A stretch of 64,000 bases of DNA, from contig JAKAMI010000002.1 of NCBI GenBank assembly GCA_021812945.1, forward strand, positions 1,047-65,046, written 5' to 3'. The notes under the pieces are model-generated. The model did not search any database, was not told the DNA's origin, and saw only the letters and a program-made list of their open reading frames with translations. The DNA is from a bacterium. Its GTDB lineage: Bacteria; Patescibacteriota; UBA1384; XYA2-FULL-43-10; JAKAMI01. Below are positions 53,910 to 63,398 of the stretch, piece by piece. Both the position numbers and the translations under genes were made by a program. Position 1 is the stretch's first letter. Every line of letters begins with the position of its first letter.

Positions 53910-56282
53910 ATGACCGCTCTCAAACTTGATTCACCCATCCAATACCTAAAAGGTGTGGGGCCGAAGCTGGCTGAGAAATTAAAAAGGCTGGAAATAGAAA
54001 CTCCGGCCGATCTTTTGTACCATCTGCCGCGGACCTACATTGACTACTCGCAAACGGTCCCGATCAAATCCACCCGCATCGGCGATCTTGTCGTTATTAA
54101 AGGAAAAATATCGGATCTCAGCATCAAACGCACGCCGCGGAAATGGATGGCCATCGTCGAGTTTTTGGTATCGGATCATTCAGGCTCGATCAAAGTTGTC
54201 TACTTCAACCAGCCCTACCTCAAAGACACCTTTAAAAACGGCGAGGAACTCTATTTTTACGGTAAAATTAACTATGACTATTCCGGCTCGATTAAGTCTC
54301 TCAACAGTCCGGACTTCAGCCGCGAGCCGAAGATCGTACCCATTTACCCGGAAACAAAAAACGTCAACAGTAAATACCTAAACAAGTTAGTAGTCGGTTG
54401 TCTGTCGTCAGTTGACAGCGCCAGAGAATATTTGCCCGAGGAAATAAAAACTCAAGCTAAGCTGGTGAATATCGAGCAAGCCCTGAGGTTTCTCCACCAA
54501 CCGGCCAAAATGGCCGAGGTTGGGTCGGGGCGCCGGCGCCTAGCCTTTGACGAACTCTATTTAACGGCTCTGCAAACGCAAATTTTTCGACAACAACGTC
54601 GGGAGCAAAAGGCGGTACGGGTCAAGATTGATAACAAAGAGCTGGTAAGTTTTGTCGACCAGTTGCCGTTTAAACTAACCGCTGCCCAAAAAAGGGCGGC
54701 TTGGCAAATCTTGCTTGACCTAAGGGGTCAAACTAAGTCCGGAGTCCAAGAGTCCAAGAGTCCAAGAGGGAAGACTTCCGGACTTCCGGACTTTAGGACT
54801 TTGGACTGGATTCCTCCGATGAATCGGCTGCTCAATGGTGATGTCGGTAGCGGCAAGACGGTGGTGGCGGCTATGGCAGCCTATGCGGTCATAAAGGCCG
54901 GTTACCGAGTCATCGTCATGGCGCCAACCGAAGTATTGGCTTTTCAACATTACAACACCTTTCAAGAAATTTTGGCTAAATACGACATCAGTGTTGGCCT
55001 GGCGACAAGTTCTAGAAAGGAAACATCACTTTCTGTCATTCCTGTGAAAGCAGGAATCCAGACGAAGAAAACTACTGGATCCCGGATCAAGTCCGGGATG
55101 ACGGACAAAAACAATAAAACAATGAAGCAATTGAACCATGTTTTTGAGACATGTGACCTCCTGGTTGGTACCCATGCGGTACTAGAAGATACTTTTAATC
55201 ATGAAAAGGTGGCGCTGGTGGTGGTTGATGAACAACACCGGTTCGGAGTCGAGCAGAGGGCAAAGATACAAAGAATGACAAGCTCCAGGAACGTCATTCC
55301 AGCCCCTCATCCTGTCATTCCAGCGAAAGCTGGAATCCAGAAATCATCAAAAGCCACTGGATCCCGGATCAAGTCCGGGATGACAAATGAGGACAAAGGA
55401 ATCCAAGCTCACTTCCTTTCGATGACCGCCACACCAATACCAAGAACGCTGCAGCTGACGCTTTACGGCGACTTGGATGTTTCGGTCATCGATGAGATGC
55501 CGAAAGGGCGTAAAGAAATCGAGACTAAGGTTTTTGCCGATCGTGATCGTGAAAAAGCTTATGACCTCATTAGGGATCAGGTAAAGTTGGGGAGACAAGT
55601 GTTCATTGTCTGCCCCTTGATCGAGGAAAATCAGGAGCAAGGTGGGCAAAGACAGTCTTTGCAAAAGGAGCAAAGACTGGCTTTACCCGAATTAGATCGG
55701 AAAACAGTGGTAGCGGAACAGAAAAGACTCAAAGAACAGGTATTTCCGGACTTAAAGATTGGGCTAATGCACGGGAAACTCAAGCCCAAGGAGAAAGAAG
55801 TAGTGATGAATGAATTTACCAGTCGCAAACTAGATATATTAGTCAGTACCTCGGTGGTCGAGGTAGGTGTCGATGTGCCGAATGCCAGTGTGATGATGGT
55901 CGAAAATGCCGAAAGATTCGGCCTAGCTCAGTTACACCAGTTCCGCGGCCGGGTCGGTAGGGCGGAGCATCAATCTTACTGTTTATTAATGTCATCCAGC
56001 CCTCGTCCGGAAAACATCAAACGCTTGAAAGCTATGGAAACGCATGCTTCCGGGTTTAAGTTGGCGGAGATTGATTTGGAGCTTCGTGGACCGGGAGTTA
56101 TTTACGGCAAAGAGCAATCGGGCTTCGGTGACTTGAGGCTAGACTGGGTTTCTGATATATTTCTACTAGAGGAAGCGCGTGAAGCGGCCAAGAAAACACT
56201 GACCTTGAATCCGAGTCTGTCGTCCTGGCCGGGACTGCGAGAAAAACTTGGCGAGAAGTTCGGAGAAGCACATTTAGAATAA
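53910..56282 (+). CDS. recG: ATP-dependent DNA helicase RecG with four in-frame repeat insertions
   Basis: LKGVGPK, RRLAFDEL, MNRLLNGDVGSGKT, MAPTEVLA, VDEQHRFGV, MTATPIPRTL, AERFGLAQLHQFRGRVGR. Confidence 0.96.
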   Translation: MTALKLDSPIQYLKGVGPKLAEKLKRLEIETPADLLYHLPRTYIDYSQTVPIKSTRIGDLVVIKGKISDLSIKRTPRKWMAIVEFLVSDHSGSIKVVYFNQPYLKDTFKNGEELYFYGKINYDYSGSIKSLNSPDFSREPKIVPIYPETKNVNSKYLNKLVVGCLSSVDSAREYLPEEIKTQAKLVNIEQALRFLHQPAKMAEVGSGRRRLAFDELYLTALQTQIFRQQRREQKAVRVKIDNKELVSFVDQLPFKLTAAQKRAAWQILLDLRGQTKSGVQESKSPRGKTSGLPDFRTLDWIPPMNRLLNGDVGSGKTVVAAMAAYAVIKAGYRVIVMAPTEVLAFQHYNTFQEILAKYDISVGLATSSRKETSLSVIPVKAGIQTKKTTGSRIKSGMTDKNNKTMKQLNHVFETCDLLVGTHAVLEDTFNHEKVALVVVDEQHRFGVEQRAKIQRMTSSRNVIPAPHPVIPAKAGIQKSSKATGSRIKSGMTNEDKGIQAHFLSMTATPIPRTLQLTLYGDLDVSVIDEMPKGRKEIETKVFADRDREKAYDLIRDQVKLGRQVFIVCPLIEENQEQGGQRQSLQKEQRLALPELDRKTVVAEQKRLKEQVFPDLKIGLMHGKLKPKEKEVVMNEFTSRKLDILVSTSVVEVGVDVPNASVMMVENAERFGLAQLHQFRGRVGRAEHQSYCLLMSSSPRPENIKRLKAMETHASGFKLAEIDLELRGPGVIYGKEQSGFGDLRLDWVSDIFLLEEAREAAKKTLTLNPSLSSWPGLREKLGEKFGEAHLE

Positions 56283-56441
56283 TTCATTTGAGTAGGCCAA
56301 CACAGACATCATTTACAGATTAAGCACAGATAGAGAAAACATTTTAACAAGTCATCCTGAACTTGTTTCAGGATCCCGGATTTCTTTGATGGGATTCCGG
56401 ATCAAGTCTGGAATGATGGACGGATCTGGGGAGATTTCGGA

Positions 56442-56924
56442 ATGTGGGACCGGATCGAAAGACATCGGTTGATTGTCGGCTTGTCGTTGGTGGTTCTGAT
56501 CTTGATCAGCGGCGGGGTCTTGGCGTGGAAACTGTCTGTGGCCGGGAAATCCGATACGAGTTCACTAAGCAACAATCCGGCCGAAGCGGACAAGAGGATC
56601 GACGATCTGCAAAGACAGATTCGAGAATTGAAAGACCAAAAAGCCGCGGTCTCCGATCCGGCCGCACCAGCGGCGGCAACCCCATCAACCAGCGATTCAA
56701 GCGGGAAAGTGGCTGGCGCTTCGACAGCATCGGGCATGGTCAACATTAACACGGCTTCGTTATCCGAATTGGACTCTTTACCCGGGATTGGTCCGGTCTA
56801 TGCCCAGAGAATTATCGATTACCGCACAGCCAACGGACCATTTACTTCAATTGATCAGCTAGATAAAGTAAAAGGCATTGGTCCGGCAACCATCGAAAAG
56901 TTACGCAGCAAAGCGACACTATAG
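56442..56924 (+). CDS. comEA: ComEA-family DNA-binding (helix-hairpin-helix) competence protein
   Basis: N-terminal TM; [35 protein letters not shown]. Confidence 0.9.
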   Translation: MWDRIERHRLIVGLSLVVLILISGGVLAWKLSVAGKSDTSSLSNNPAEADKRIDDLQRQIRELKDQKAAVSDPAAPAAATPSTSDSSGKVAGASTASGMVNINTASLSELDSLPGIGPVYAQRIIDYRTANGPFTSIDQLDKVKGIGPATIEKLRSKATL

Positions 56925-57063
56925 TTGAAAGTAGAAAGTTTATAAAGTTTGTAAAGTGTTAATTTGTTGAAACCATACCAAGTCTGTCATTCTGAGCGAC
57001 TAGCGAAGAATCTTTGAAAGATCCTTCCTCCGTCAGGATGACATTTACAAGAGAAATAAATAA

Positions 57064-57150
57064 GCCGAGATGGCGAAATTGGTAGACGCACTGGCCTTAG
57101 GAGCCAGCGGGGTAAAACCTGTGGGAGTTCGAGTCTCCCTCTCGGCACCA
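57064..57150 (+). tRNA. tRNA-Leu(TAG)
   Basis: gccgaga..ggtagacgca-ctggc-ctTAGga-gccag, long variable arm, gttcgagtc, ending tctcggcacca. Confidence 0.95.
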
Positions 57151-57257
57151 GAAAATTATAGGGGATGTGAGGGAGCCTAGGGGGGCATAGGGGAACTTAG
57201 GGGGTTTAGCTCCCATAAAAACCCTTAACATCCCTTAAAATAAATTAGGGAGGGAAA

Positions 57258-57761
57258 ATGTATGTAAAACGAAATCCTCTGGGCTACAAAAATCTTCGTA
57301 CTTGGCAACAGGCCAATGAAATATTTGATCTAACGGAAAGATACGTCCAAACTCTGCCGAAGTTTCACCCCAAAACCGGTCAGAAAATGGCCGATACCGC
57401 TGACCATATGCTCCGCTCGGCACGGTCGCAGGTACGAAACATTGAAGAGGGATATTCTCGCTCCGAGACTAAGCAATACATTGACTTCTTGGGATTCTCC
57501 AAAGGCTCGGGTGAGGAGCTTTTGGGAGACTTCGAGAAATGTCGCAAAGATGGGCTGGGTGATATCGAATTGGCCGATCGAGCCATTTTTTTGTCCAAGG
57601 GGGAAGGGAAAATGCTCCACAACCAGATGGAGGCTTTGCAACAGAAACGATTGAAGGACGGGGCGATGTCTGTAAATGAAAGATACAAATTGGCCAAGGA
57701 AGAAGATGTAAGGAGGGATGAGGAGTTTGAAAAGAAAGTCAGAGAGATCCTTGGGAAGTGA
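57258..57761 (+). CDS. Four-helix-bundle protein (23S rRNA-IVP/bAvd-like)
   Basis: GYKNLRTWQQA..DHMLRSARSQVRNIEEGYSR..YIDFLGFSKGSGEEL. Confidence 0.85.
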   Translation: MYVKRNPLGYKNLRTWQQANEIFDLTERYVQTLPKFHPKTGQKMADTADHMLRSARSQVRNIEEGYSRSETKQYIDFLGFSKGSGEELLGDFEKCRKDGLGDIELADRAIFLSKGEGKMLHNQMEALQQKRLKDGAMSVNERYKLAKEEDVRRDEEFEKKVREILGK

Positions 57762-57907
57762 GTGCAAGGGGTATTATGGGATCTAAAGTGGGTCAGGGGT
57801 AATGACTATGAACCGCCTTAATTCCCCCCAATCCCTTGTGTAATTGCCATAAAAATTATTTTCGAGTAAAATTAAGACACAAATATTAAAATCAAAAGGG
57901 AGCTTCT

Positions 57908-58567
57908 ATGAAAACTTTTTGGACGGTCATCATTAGCGTCATCCTTACTGCCGGCGTTGCCGGTGGCGGGGTTTATTACTTTTTAAATAAACAGGCCACG
58001 ACTGATAAAAACTCCCTCAACTCCCAGATCTCAGACCTGCAAACCCAAATCTCAAACCTGAAGAAAACCACCACATCAACCACAACTACCGCCACCGCAT
58101 CAACCACCACCGATCCCACCACAAATTGGAAAACTTATACAAACACTACATATGGGTTTAGATTCAAATATCCTAAGGAGTGGACAGTTGAAGAGGGGGC
58201 CTCGGCAAGTTTGTCCCAAAGAATTGTTTCCGTAAAATCTGATCAGCCAAACAGCTCAAAAATTTGGCCAGGTCCAGGTAGTGTCCACTATTTTGACCAA
58301 GTCATTGTTAACAAAGAAAAAGAGACTACAATAAAGAGTTGGATCAATACCAGGCTTGCTGCCGGTCAAACCGACAGCAGTAAAATCGTTGATCTTAACG
58401 GAGAAAATTTCACAGAAATTGTAATTCAGGCGGATCCGAGTTATTTGGCAGAGTTAATACTCAATAATAGTAATCTATTCTCGATAGTCTTTGACTGGGC
58501 CTCTGCTAAATCAGATATCTCTGAAACCCAGAGTCAAATCCTCTCCACTTTTCAATTCACAAAATAA
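57908..58567 (+). CDS. Secreted/membrane-anchored PsbP-like protein
   Basis: TM, coiled coil, Thr linker, WKTYTNTTYGFRFKYPKEW ... QILSTFQFTK. Confidence 0.72.
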   Translation: MKTFWTVIISVILTAGVAGGGVYYFLNKQATTDKNSLNSQISDLQTQISNLKKTTTSTTTTATASTTTDPTTNWKTYTNTTYGFRFKYPKEWTVEEGASASLSQRIVSVKSDQPNSSKIWPGPGSVHYFDQVIVNKEKETTIKSWINTRLAAGQTDSSKIVDLNGENFTEIVIQADPSYLAELILNNSNLFSIVFDWASAKSDISETQSQILSTFQFTK

Positions 58568-58599
58568 TAACAGGGCCAGATTAATCACAAAGGAGTAAT

Positions 58600-58854
58600 A
58601 TGGCCGAGGATGAGAAAATTGGTGAGGTTATTCACTACTTCGACAAAATCGGAGTGGCAATAATCAAACTCGACAAACCTCTTAAAAAAGGCGAGTCGGT
58701 AGAGATTCGCAACAAGAAGGGCGAAGCCCAAAACTTAAGTGTCGATTCAATGCAAATTGACCACCAGGACATCGACGAGGCCAAGGCCGGCGACGAGGTC
58801 GGGGTGAAGATCTTGGGGCCGGTCCGCGAAGGCAACGAGGTGTTTAGGGGGTAA
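58600..58854 (+). CDS. Small translation-factor-like beta-barrel protein
   Basis: IGEVIHYFDKIGVAII..VDSMQIDH..AKAGDEVGVK. Confidence 0.75.
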   Translation: MAEDEKIGEVIHYFDKIGVAIIKLDKPLKKGESVEIRNKKGEAQNLSVDSMQIDHQDIDEAKAGDEVGVKILGPVREGNEVFRG

Positions 58855-58859
58855 AAGTT

Positions 58860-59009
58860 ATGGCAGAGAAGCCAGAGGAAGAGGAACTGGAAGAAATCGA
58901 GGAAAAACTTCTCGAGGAAGCCGAGAAAAAGGAAAAACGTCCGATGCCGGTTTCGGGCAGAAGTGTTTTTGGGATCAAAAAAATCAAAGATAAACAGACA
59001 CAGAAATAA
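58860..59009 (+). CDS. Small charged hypothetical protein (49 aa)
   Basis: Manual ORF MAEKPEEEELEEIEEKLLEEAEKKEKRPMPVSGRSVFGIKKIKDKQTQK*, 5 nt after the previous stop. Confidence 0.5.
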   Translation: MAEKPEEEELEEIEEKLLEEAEKKEKRPMPVSGRSVFGIKKIKDKQTQK

Positions 59010-59144
59010 CACAGTAGCGATGACAGTCTTTTTAAGGCTGCAAAGACTGTCATCGTCCATGATAAAAGGTTCACAGGTTGTGACAAAAAAAATCCCGCAA
59101 CTCTCAAAAATCGGCGGGGCTTTTTTTGTGTTATAATCGGTCTG

Positions 59145-60908
59145 ATGAAAACAAGAACGAGTGCTATTCCAATCATCACCCTCGCGCTTCTTGCCTATCT
59201 GGTGTTTGATTCCGGAGGCAGAACGGTTTTGGGGGTTGTGCTGATTATGTTAATGGCGCTACCGCTCTCAATACAGTTCTATTTAATCCAAAGATCTCAA
59301 AAAGGCGGGCATAAAAATCGTATCTTGTTGTATCTTCCTTTCGGGCTGGTTGCCGTCTCATTCATCAGCGCCGCTTTCTCACAGTTCCGCTACGAAAGTC
59401 TGGTCCAAAGTTTTTACCTGCTGGCCTTGGTGCTTATTTACCAGATTATCAGCCGATTGGTTCTGACCAAAAAACACTTGGACATTATCGTTATCGCATT
59501 ATTTGCTCTAGGACTGGTAGAAAGCCTGATCGCCATATTCAATTATCTGGTCAGCTCCCTGCCCTCGGAGTTTATCCGGATGTCGGGGACATTTTACTGG
59601 CCGAATCCGCTGGCGGCGTTTCTGCTAGTTTCGATTATCGCCGGTTTGTATCTTTTGTGGATCGGCGAAAGATTCAGGTACCTGCTGGTTCTCGGGGTCT
59701 CGATCATCTTGTCGACCTTAATCTTAACCTACTCCAAGGGGGCTTATTTAAGCCTGGCGCCTTTGATCCTGATCCTAATTTGGCAACTCTGGCATAAATT
59801 AAAAAAAGGTTGGCAGGTTAAAGTTGCTCTCTTCATCGTTGTCACCTCACTTCTGACTTTCGGCCTTAGCCATTTGAGGCAAAATGGTTTCCAGCTCAGA
59901 TCTGGCTCGCTTCAAACCGCCTCCGACGGTTCGGCCAACTCCTTGACTCGGGTCAAATATTGGCGGGGGGCACTCGATATTTTCCATGATCACAAACTTG
60001 TAGGTTCGGGGCCGGCCACTTTTGGCGATGTCTACCCGCGCTATCAAAAGACTCCGGTCGATTATGCTAAAAATACCCATAACTTTTATCTGGAAACACT
60101 GGCCGAGACGGGAGTATTCGGCTTTTTAATCTTAATAATATTTAGTCTGCTATTGATAATAATACCAATCAGAACGTTATCGAGATCAAACGGCGCCAAT
60201 TTGGCAATTTATTTAGCCCTTTTGGGACTTTTGATCCACTCGACTGTCGATGTCGACTTATCCTATCCGGCGCTGTTTTTATTATTCTTCATGCTGGCCG
60301 GTCTGGCCGCAGGCAGTGTGACCGGTCGGAAAGAAGATGTGAAATCAGATTGGACGGTATTTTTTTGGCCGATTGCCGGTTTGGTTCTGGCCGTTTTTGC
60401 CGTATTCAACTATTATTCTGCTAGAAATTATAGCCAGGGTAAGGAACTGTTGCTGGCCGGGGATTACAGCGGGGCTTATGCCAAGTTTTCGGCCAGTATC
60501 AATTTTCTAAATGAAAATCCGCGCTCGGACTATTACTTGGCACAAATTGATTATGCGCGGGATAATAATGCCAAAGCCGAGACCGAGATTGATCGGGCGC
60601 TTTCGCTTTATCCCGTTTCTGCCCCGTTTTTTTTCACTCGCGGCCGGATCGTCGAAGCGGCCGGCAATGATGTTTTGGCTATCGATTCATATCTGAAAGC
60701 GATCGAAAACGACCCAAAGAATAACCCAAACTACTATATTTCATTAACAGAATTGTATCTAAAAACCGGCCGAAAGCAGGCGGTTCGGGATCTTTTGACC
60801 CCGATGCTCAAAAGTTACAACGATCAAACCTTCGCTACCCTGAATCTAAACACCGACCTGCCCGCGCAGATCAAGAAGTTGAGAGAACTGTTGAAATTAG
60901 CAAATTGA
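59145..60908 (+). CDS. O-antigen ligase-family membrane protein with C-terminal TPR repeats
   Basis: RMSGTFYWPNPLAAFL, LTYSKGA, R..YWRGAL..GSGPATF, THNFYLETLAETG; TPR-like tail. Confidence 0.85.
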   Translation: MKTRTSAIPIITLALLAYLVFDSGGRTVLGVVLIMLMALPLSIQFYLIQRSQKGGHKNRILLYLPFGLVAVSFISAAFSQFRYESLVQSFYLLALVLIYQIISRLVLTKKHLDIIVIALFALGLVESLIAIFNYLVSSLPSEFIRMSGTFYWPNPLAAFLLVSIIAGLYLLWIGERFRYLLVLGVSIILSTLILTYSKGAYLSLAPLILILIWQLWHKLKKGWQVKVALFIVVTSLLTFGLSHLRQNGFQLRSGSLQTASDGSANSLTRVKYWRGALDIFHDHKLVGSGPATFGDVYPRYQKTPVDYAKNTHNFYLETLAETGVFGFLILIIFSLLLIIIPIRTLSRSNGANLAIYLALLGLLIHSTVDVDLSYPALFLLFFMLAGLAAGSVTGRKEDVKSDWTVFFWPIAGLVLAVFAVFNYYSARNYSQGKELLLAGDYSGAYAKFSASINFLNENPRSDYYLAQIDYARDNNAKAETEIDRALSLYPVSAPFFFTRGRIVEAAGNDVLAIDSYLKAIENDPKNNPNYYISLTELYLKTGRKQAVRDLLTPMLKSYNDQTFATLNLNTDLPAQIKKLRELLKLAN

Positions 60909-61206
60909 GTCCGTAGTCTGTAGCCTGTTCCGTCATCCTGAGCTTGCGAAGGATCTCTACCTGTGGAATAGATCCTTCGCAAGCTCAGGATGACAAAATC
61001 AAGCTTAAGGATGACAAAATATCATAAGAAAGGCTACAGACTAACCATAGGATTTCTCACTCGCTGACTCGTTCGAAATGACGCAATCTTATTTAGCTCG
61101 TCATCCCGAACCCCGTATCGTGGTACGGGGCAGGCCTGTTCCGAGATTCCGCTTTTTATGATGGGATGCTGAAATAAATTCAGCATGACAATTATTATTT
61201 CATCGA

Positions 61207-62010
61207 TTACTCTATCACCACTCTGCCGTCGGCATCGAAAGTGAGTGAGAGGCCAAAGGGATTCTCTGGCACGGACCTTAAAATGTCGGCATTAACCAAA
61301 TCATTCAACTGCTTCGGCCACTGGCCGTTTTTTTGTTTGTAGACGGTTGATGATTGATCAAACAAGTCGAGAAGCTGGTAGAAGTAGAGGTAATTTTTGG
61401 CGCGGCCGCGGGTCAATTCATCGGAGGAACTATCGTAAATAGCCTGCCAGATGGCTCGAGCGGTTTGCCGAGCGTTGGGCTTGGCGCTGTAGGCGGCGGA
61501 GACGGTTTGAAGTTCGGACGGGGCCCCGGGAGTGCGGGCGGCCAAATCGAAATATTTGGCGGCCTCGGGTTTGTCATGCTTATAAATATGATAAGAAGCG
61601 GCCAGATAATAAGCAATCTGCCAGTCCGGAATCCGGCGGTCGATGCCTTTTCGGGCTATCGCATATCCTTGATCGATCTTTTCAGAGGGTAAGATCAGGG
61701 CGGCAAAAGCGTAGGGGTAGCTGAACTTCGGGTCGAGCTCAGTGGCGAGGTCCAGATAATCGGCCAGTTTTTGGTAATTGTGATCAGCCCTGTCTCCGCC
61801 GTAGTATTGAATCGCTTGAAGCCAGAAATAGTCCGACAAAGCTGCCTGAAGTCCCAGATTGAGTTTCTTAAGCGTATCGCTTGAGGCCACCAGTGGCTGG
61901 TAGGCGGCCGAAGCTTTGAAAGCTTTGCTTTGCTTATCAAAACCAAGCTGGGTCAGAACGACAGCCGTGAGTAATAAAAGTATTATGATTATTAAATAAT
62001 GCTTTTTCAT
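61207..62010 (-). CDS. Membrane-anchored TPR-like protein (PilG/XapA-like)
   Basis: N-terminal TM; SDYFWLQAIQYYG, ATELDPKF, LNDLV..VPENPFG; next to the ABC genes. Confidence 0.6.
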   Translation of the reverse strand: MKKHYLIIIILLLLTAVVLTQLGFDKQSKAFKASAAYQPLVASSDTLKKLNLGLQAALSDYFWLQAIQYYGGDRADHNYQKLADYLDLATELDPKFSYPYAFAALILPSEKIDQGYAIARKGIDRRIPDWQIAYYLAASYHIYKHDKPEAAKYFDLAARTPGAPSELQTVSAAYSAKPNARQTARAIWQAIYDSSSDELTRGRAKNYLYFYQLLDLFDQSSTVYKQKNGQWPKQLNDLVNADILRSVPENPFGLSLTFDADGRVVIE

Positions 62011-62163
62011 TTATCTATTTGAGTTTAAAAACTCTAAATTCTAAATACTAAAACTAAACTCTAAATAAATTCAAAACTCAAAATTCAGAGCTACAAGAGG
62101 TTTAGTTTTTTGAAATTTTATTAGAATCTAGGATTTGGAGTTTAAAATTTCCACCTTCGGTGG

Positions 62164-62925
62164 TCAAATGTCTTGGGCCGTTAAGGCAATGGCCGCCAGC
62201 ATCAGGAAAAGAGCGATAAAGATCAGAGCATAGAGTCCGGCAAAAACTATCAGATAAGGCGGGATAGCTAGAGCGTGGGAAGCCTCCAGACGAATGTTAA
62301 ACTTCTCCAGGTTCGGCAAGACATAGTAAAGAGCTTTGTAAAATGAAGCCAAGGCCGGCGAGGCTTTCTTGGCCGCATCGGGCAAAATTCCGACGGCGTG
62401 GCCGATGATAAAAACGATGATCGAGTAGATGGCGGAAGCAACGGGCGAGGCGAAGGTTGAAAATAGTATTGTCAGCGCCACAAAGACCCAGGTTTCCAGT
62501 AGCTGAAAGCCAACTGCCAAAAGCGCCACGCCGGGGAAGGCGTGGGAAACGACCCAGATAAGCGGGATGTAGACCAGGGCCATTATCAGGTTGGCCACCA
62601 GCATGGTTTCGGCCAGACCTAGGAACTTGCCGACCAGAAACTGGGTACGGGTTACCGCTTTGGACAAGATTATATAGGCGGTTCTCTGCTCCAGCTCTTT
62701 GTAAATCAGATTCGTGCCGAGAAAGATGGCGATAACGATCGAAAATAAATAAATACCGGCCAAGCCGAAGTCGGTGATTATTTTGCTGTCCTGCCCCAGC
62801 GAGATCGAGCCGAAGAGGGTGGTGCCGAGGATGAACAACACGGACAATATTAGAATTGCATAAAAAATCCGGTCCCGGACGGTCTCCTTGAAGGTGTTTT
62901 TGGCTATAGTGGTAATTACAGACAT
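62164..62925 (-). CDS. ABC-2 type transporter permease (PilI-like)
   Basis: IAKNTFKETVRDRI, ELEQRTAYIILSKAVTRTQFLVGKFLG, LPNLEKFN. Confidence 0.85.
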   Translation of the reverse strand: MSVITTIAKNTFKETVRDRIFYAILILSVLFILGTTLFGSISLGQDSKIITDFGLAGIYLFSIVIAIFLGTNLIYKELEQRTAYIILSKAVTRTQFLVGKFLGLAETMLVANLIMALVYIPLIWVVSHAFPGVALLAVGFQLLETWVFVALTILFSTFASPVASAIYSIIVFIIGHAVGILPDAAKKASPALASFYKALYYVLPNLEKFNIRLEASHALAIPPYLIVFAGLYALIFIALFLMLAAIALTAQDI

Positions 62926-62993
62926 AAATTAAAAATCAAAAATTAAATATCAAAAATACAAGAATGAGTGCCCCAAGGAATCTGCTACTCTTA

Positions 62994-63398
62994 CTAATCG
63001 TCCAACATTGCGTGGATTCTCTCTCGAGCATATTCAATTTGACGTCGAGTTTCGACTCTTTCTGGGTTATCTGGATCTTCAGACGCGTTTTCTAAATCCT
63101 GGTCAAGAAAATCATTTGCAACTTCTTCTAGGTAATCTGGATCAGTGAAACCAGCATCGACGTAAAACATCGTAATTTCTAAATCAGCCCGTATTTTAGC
63201 CTCCGGACCGTTTGCGGAGTTTTTAACTTGATCTTGCCACTGGTCATAGAGCTGATTCGCCTTTTGCACTTCTGGATCATCCAGATCCAAATCATCTGGA
63301 TTTGTTGTGCCTGCTTCGATAAAAGGTCGGTAAGCAGCAATAACCGTGTTCTTAGTTACCTGATTTTTTGCCTCAGGCGGTGTAAATTGCTCGGTCAT
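62994..63398 (-). CDS. Acidic hypothetical protein
   Basis: 134-aa ORF overlapping the ABC ATPase stop (ATGA), with an AGAAAGGAG Shine-Dalgarno. Confidence 0.65.
   Translation of the reverse strand: MTEQFTPPEAKNQVTKNTVIAAYRPFIEAGTTNPDDLDLDDPEVQKANQLYDQWQDQVKNSANGPEAKIRADLEITMFYVDAGFTDPDYLEEVANDFLDQDLENASEDPDNPERVETRRQIEYARERIHAMLDD

Noticed and set aside
3390-56282. In-frame inserts as inteins or group I/II introns
   Set aside because: They are 10-60 aa, lack Cys/Ser..His-Asn splice motifs and intron core elements, and match intergenic repeats.
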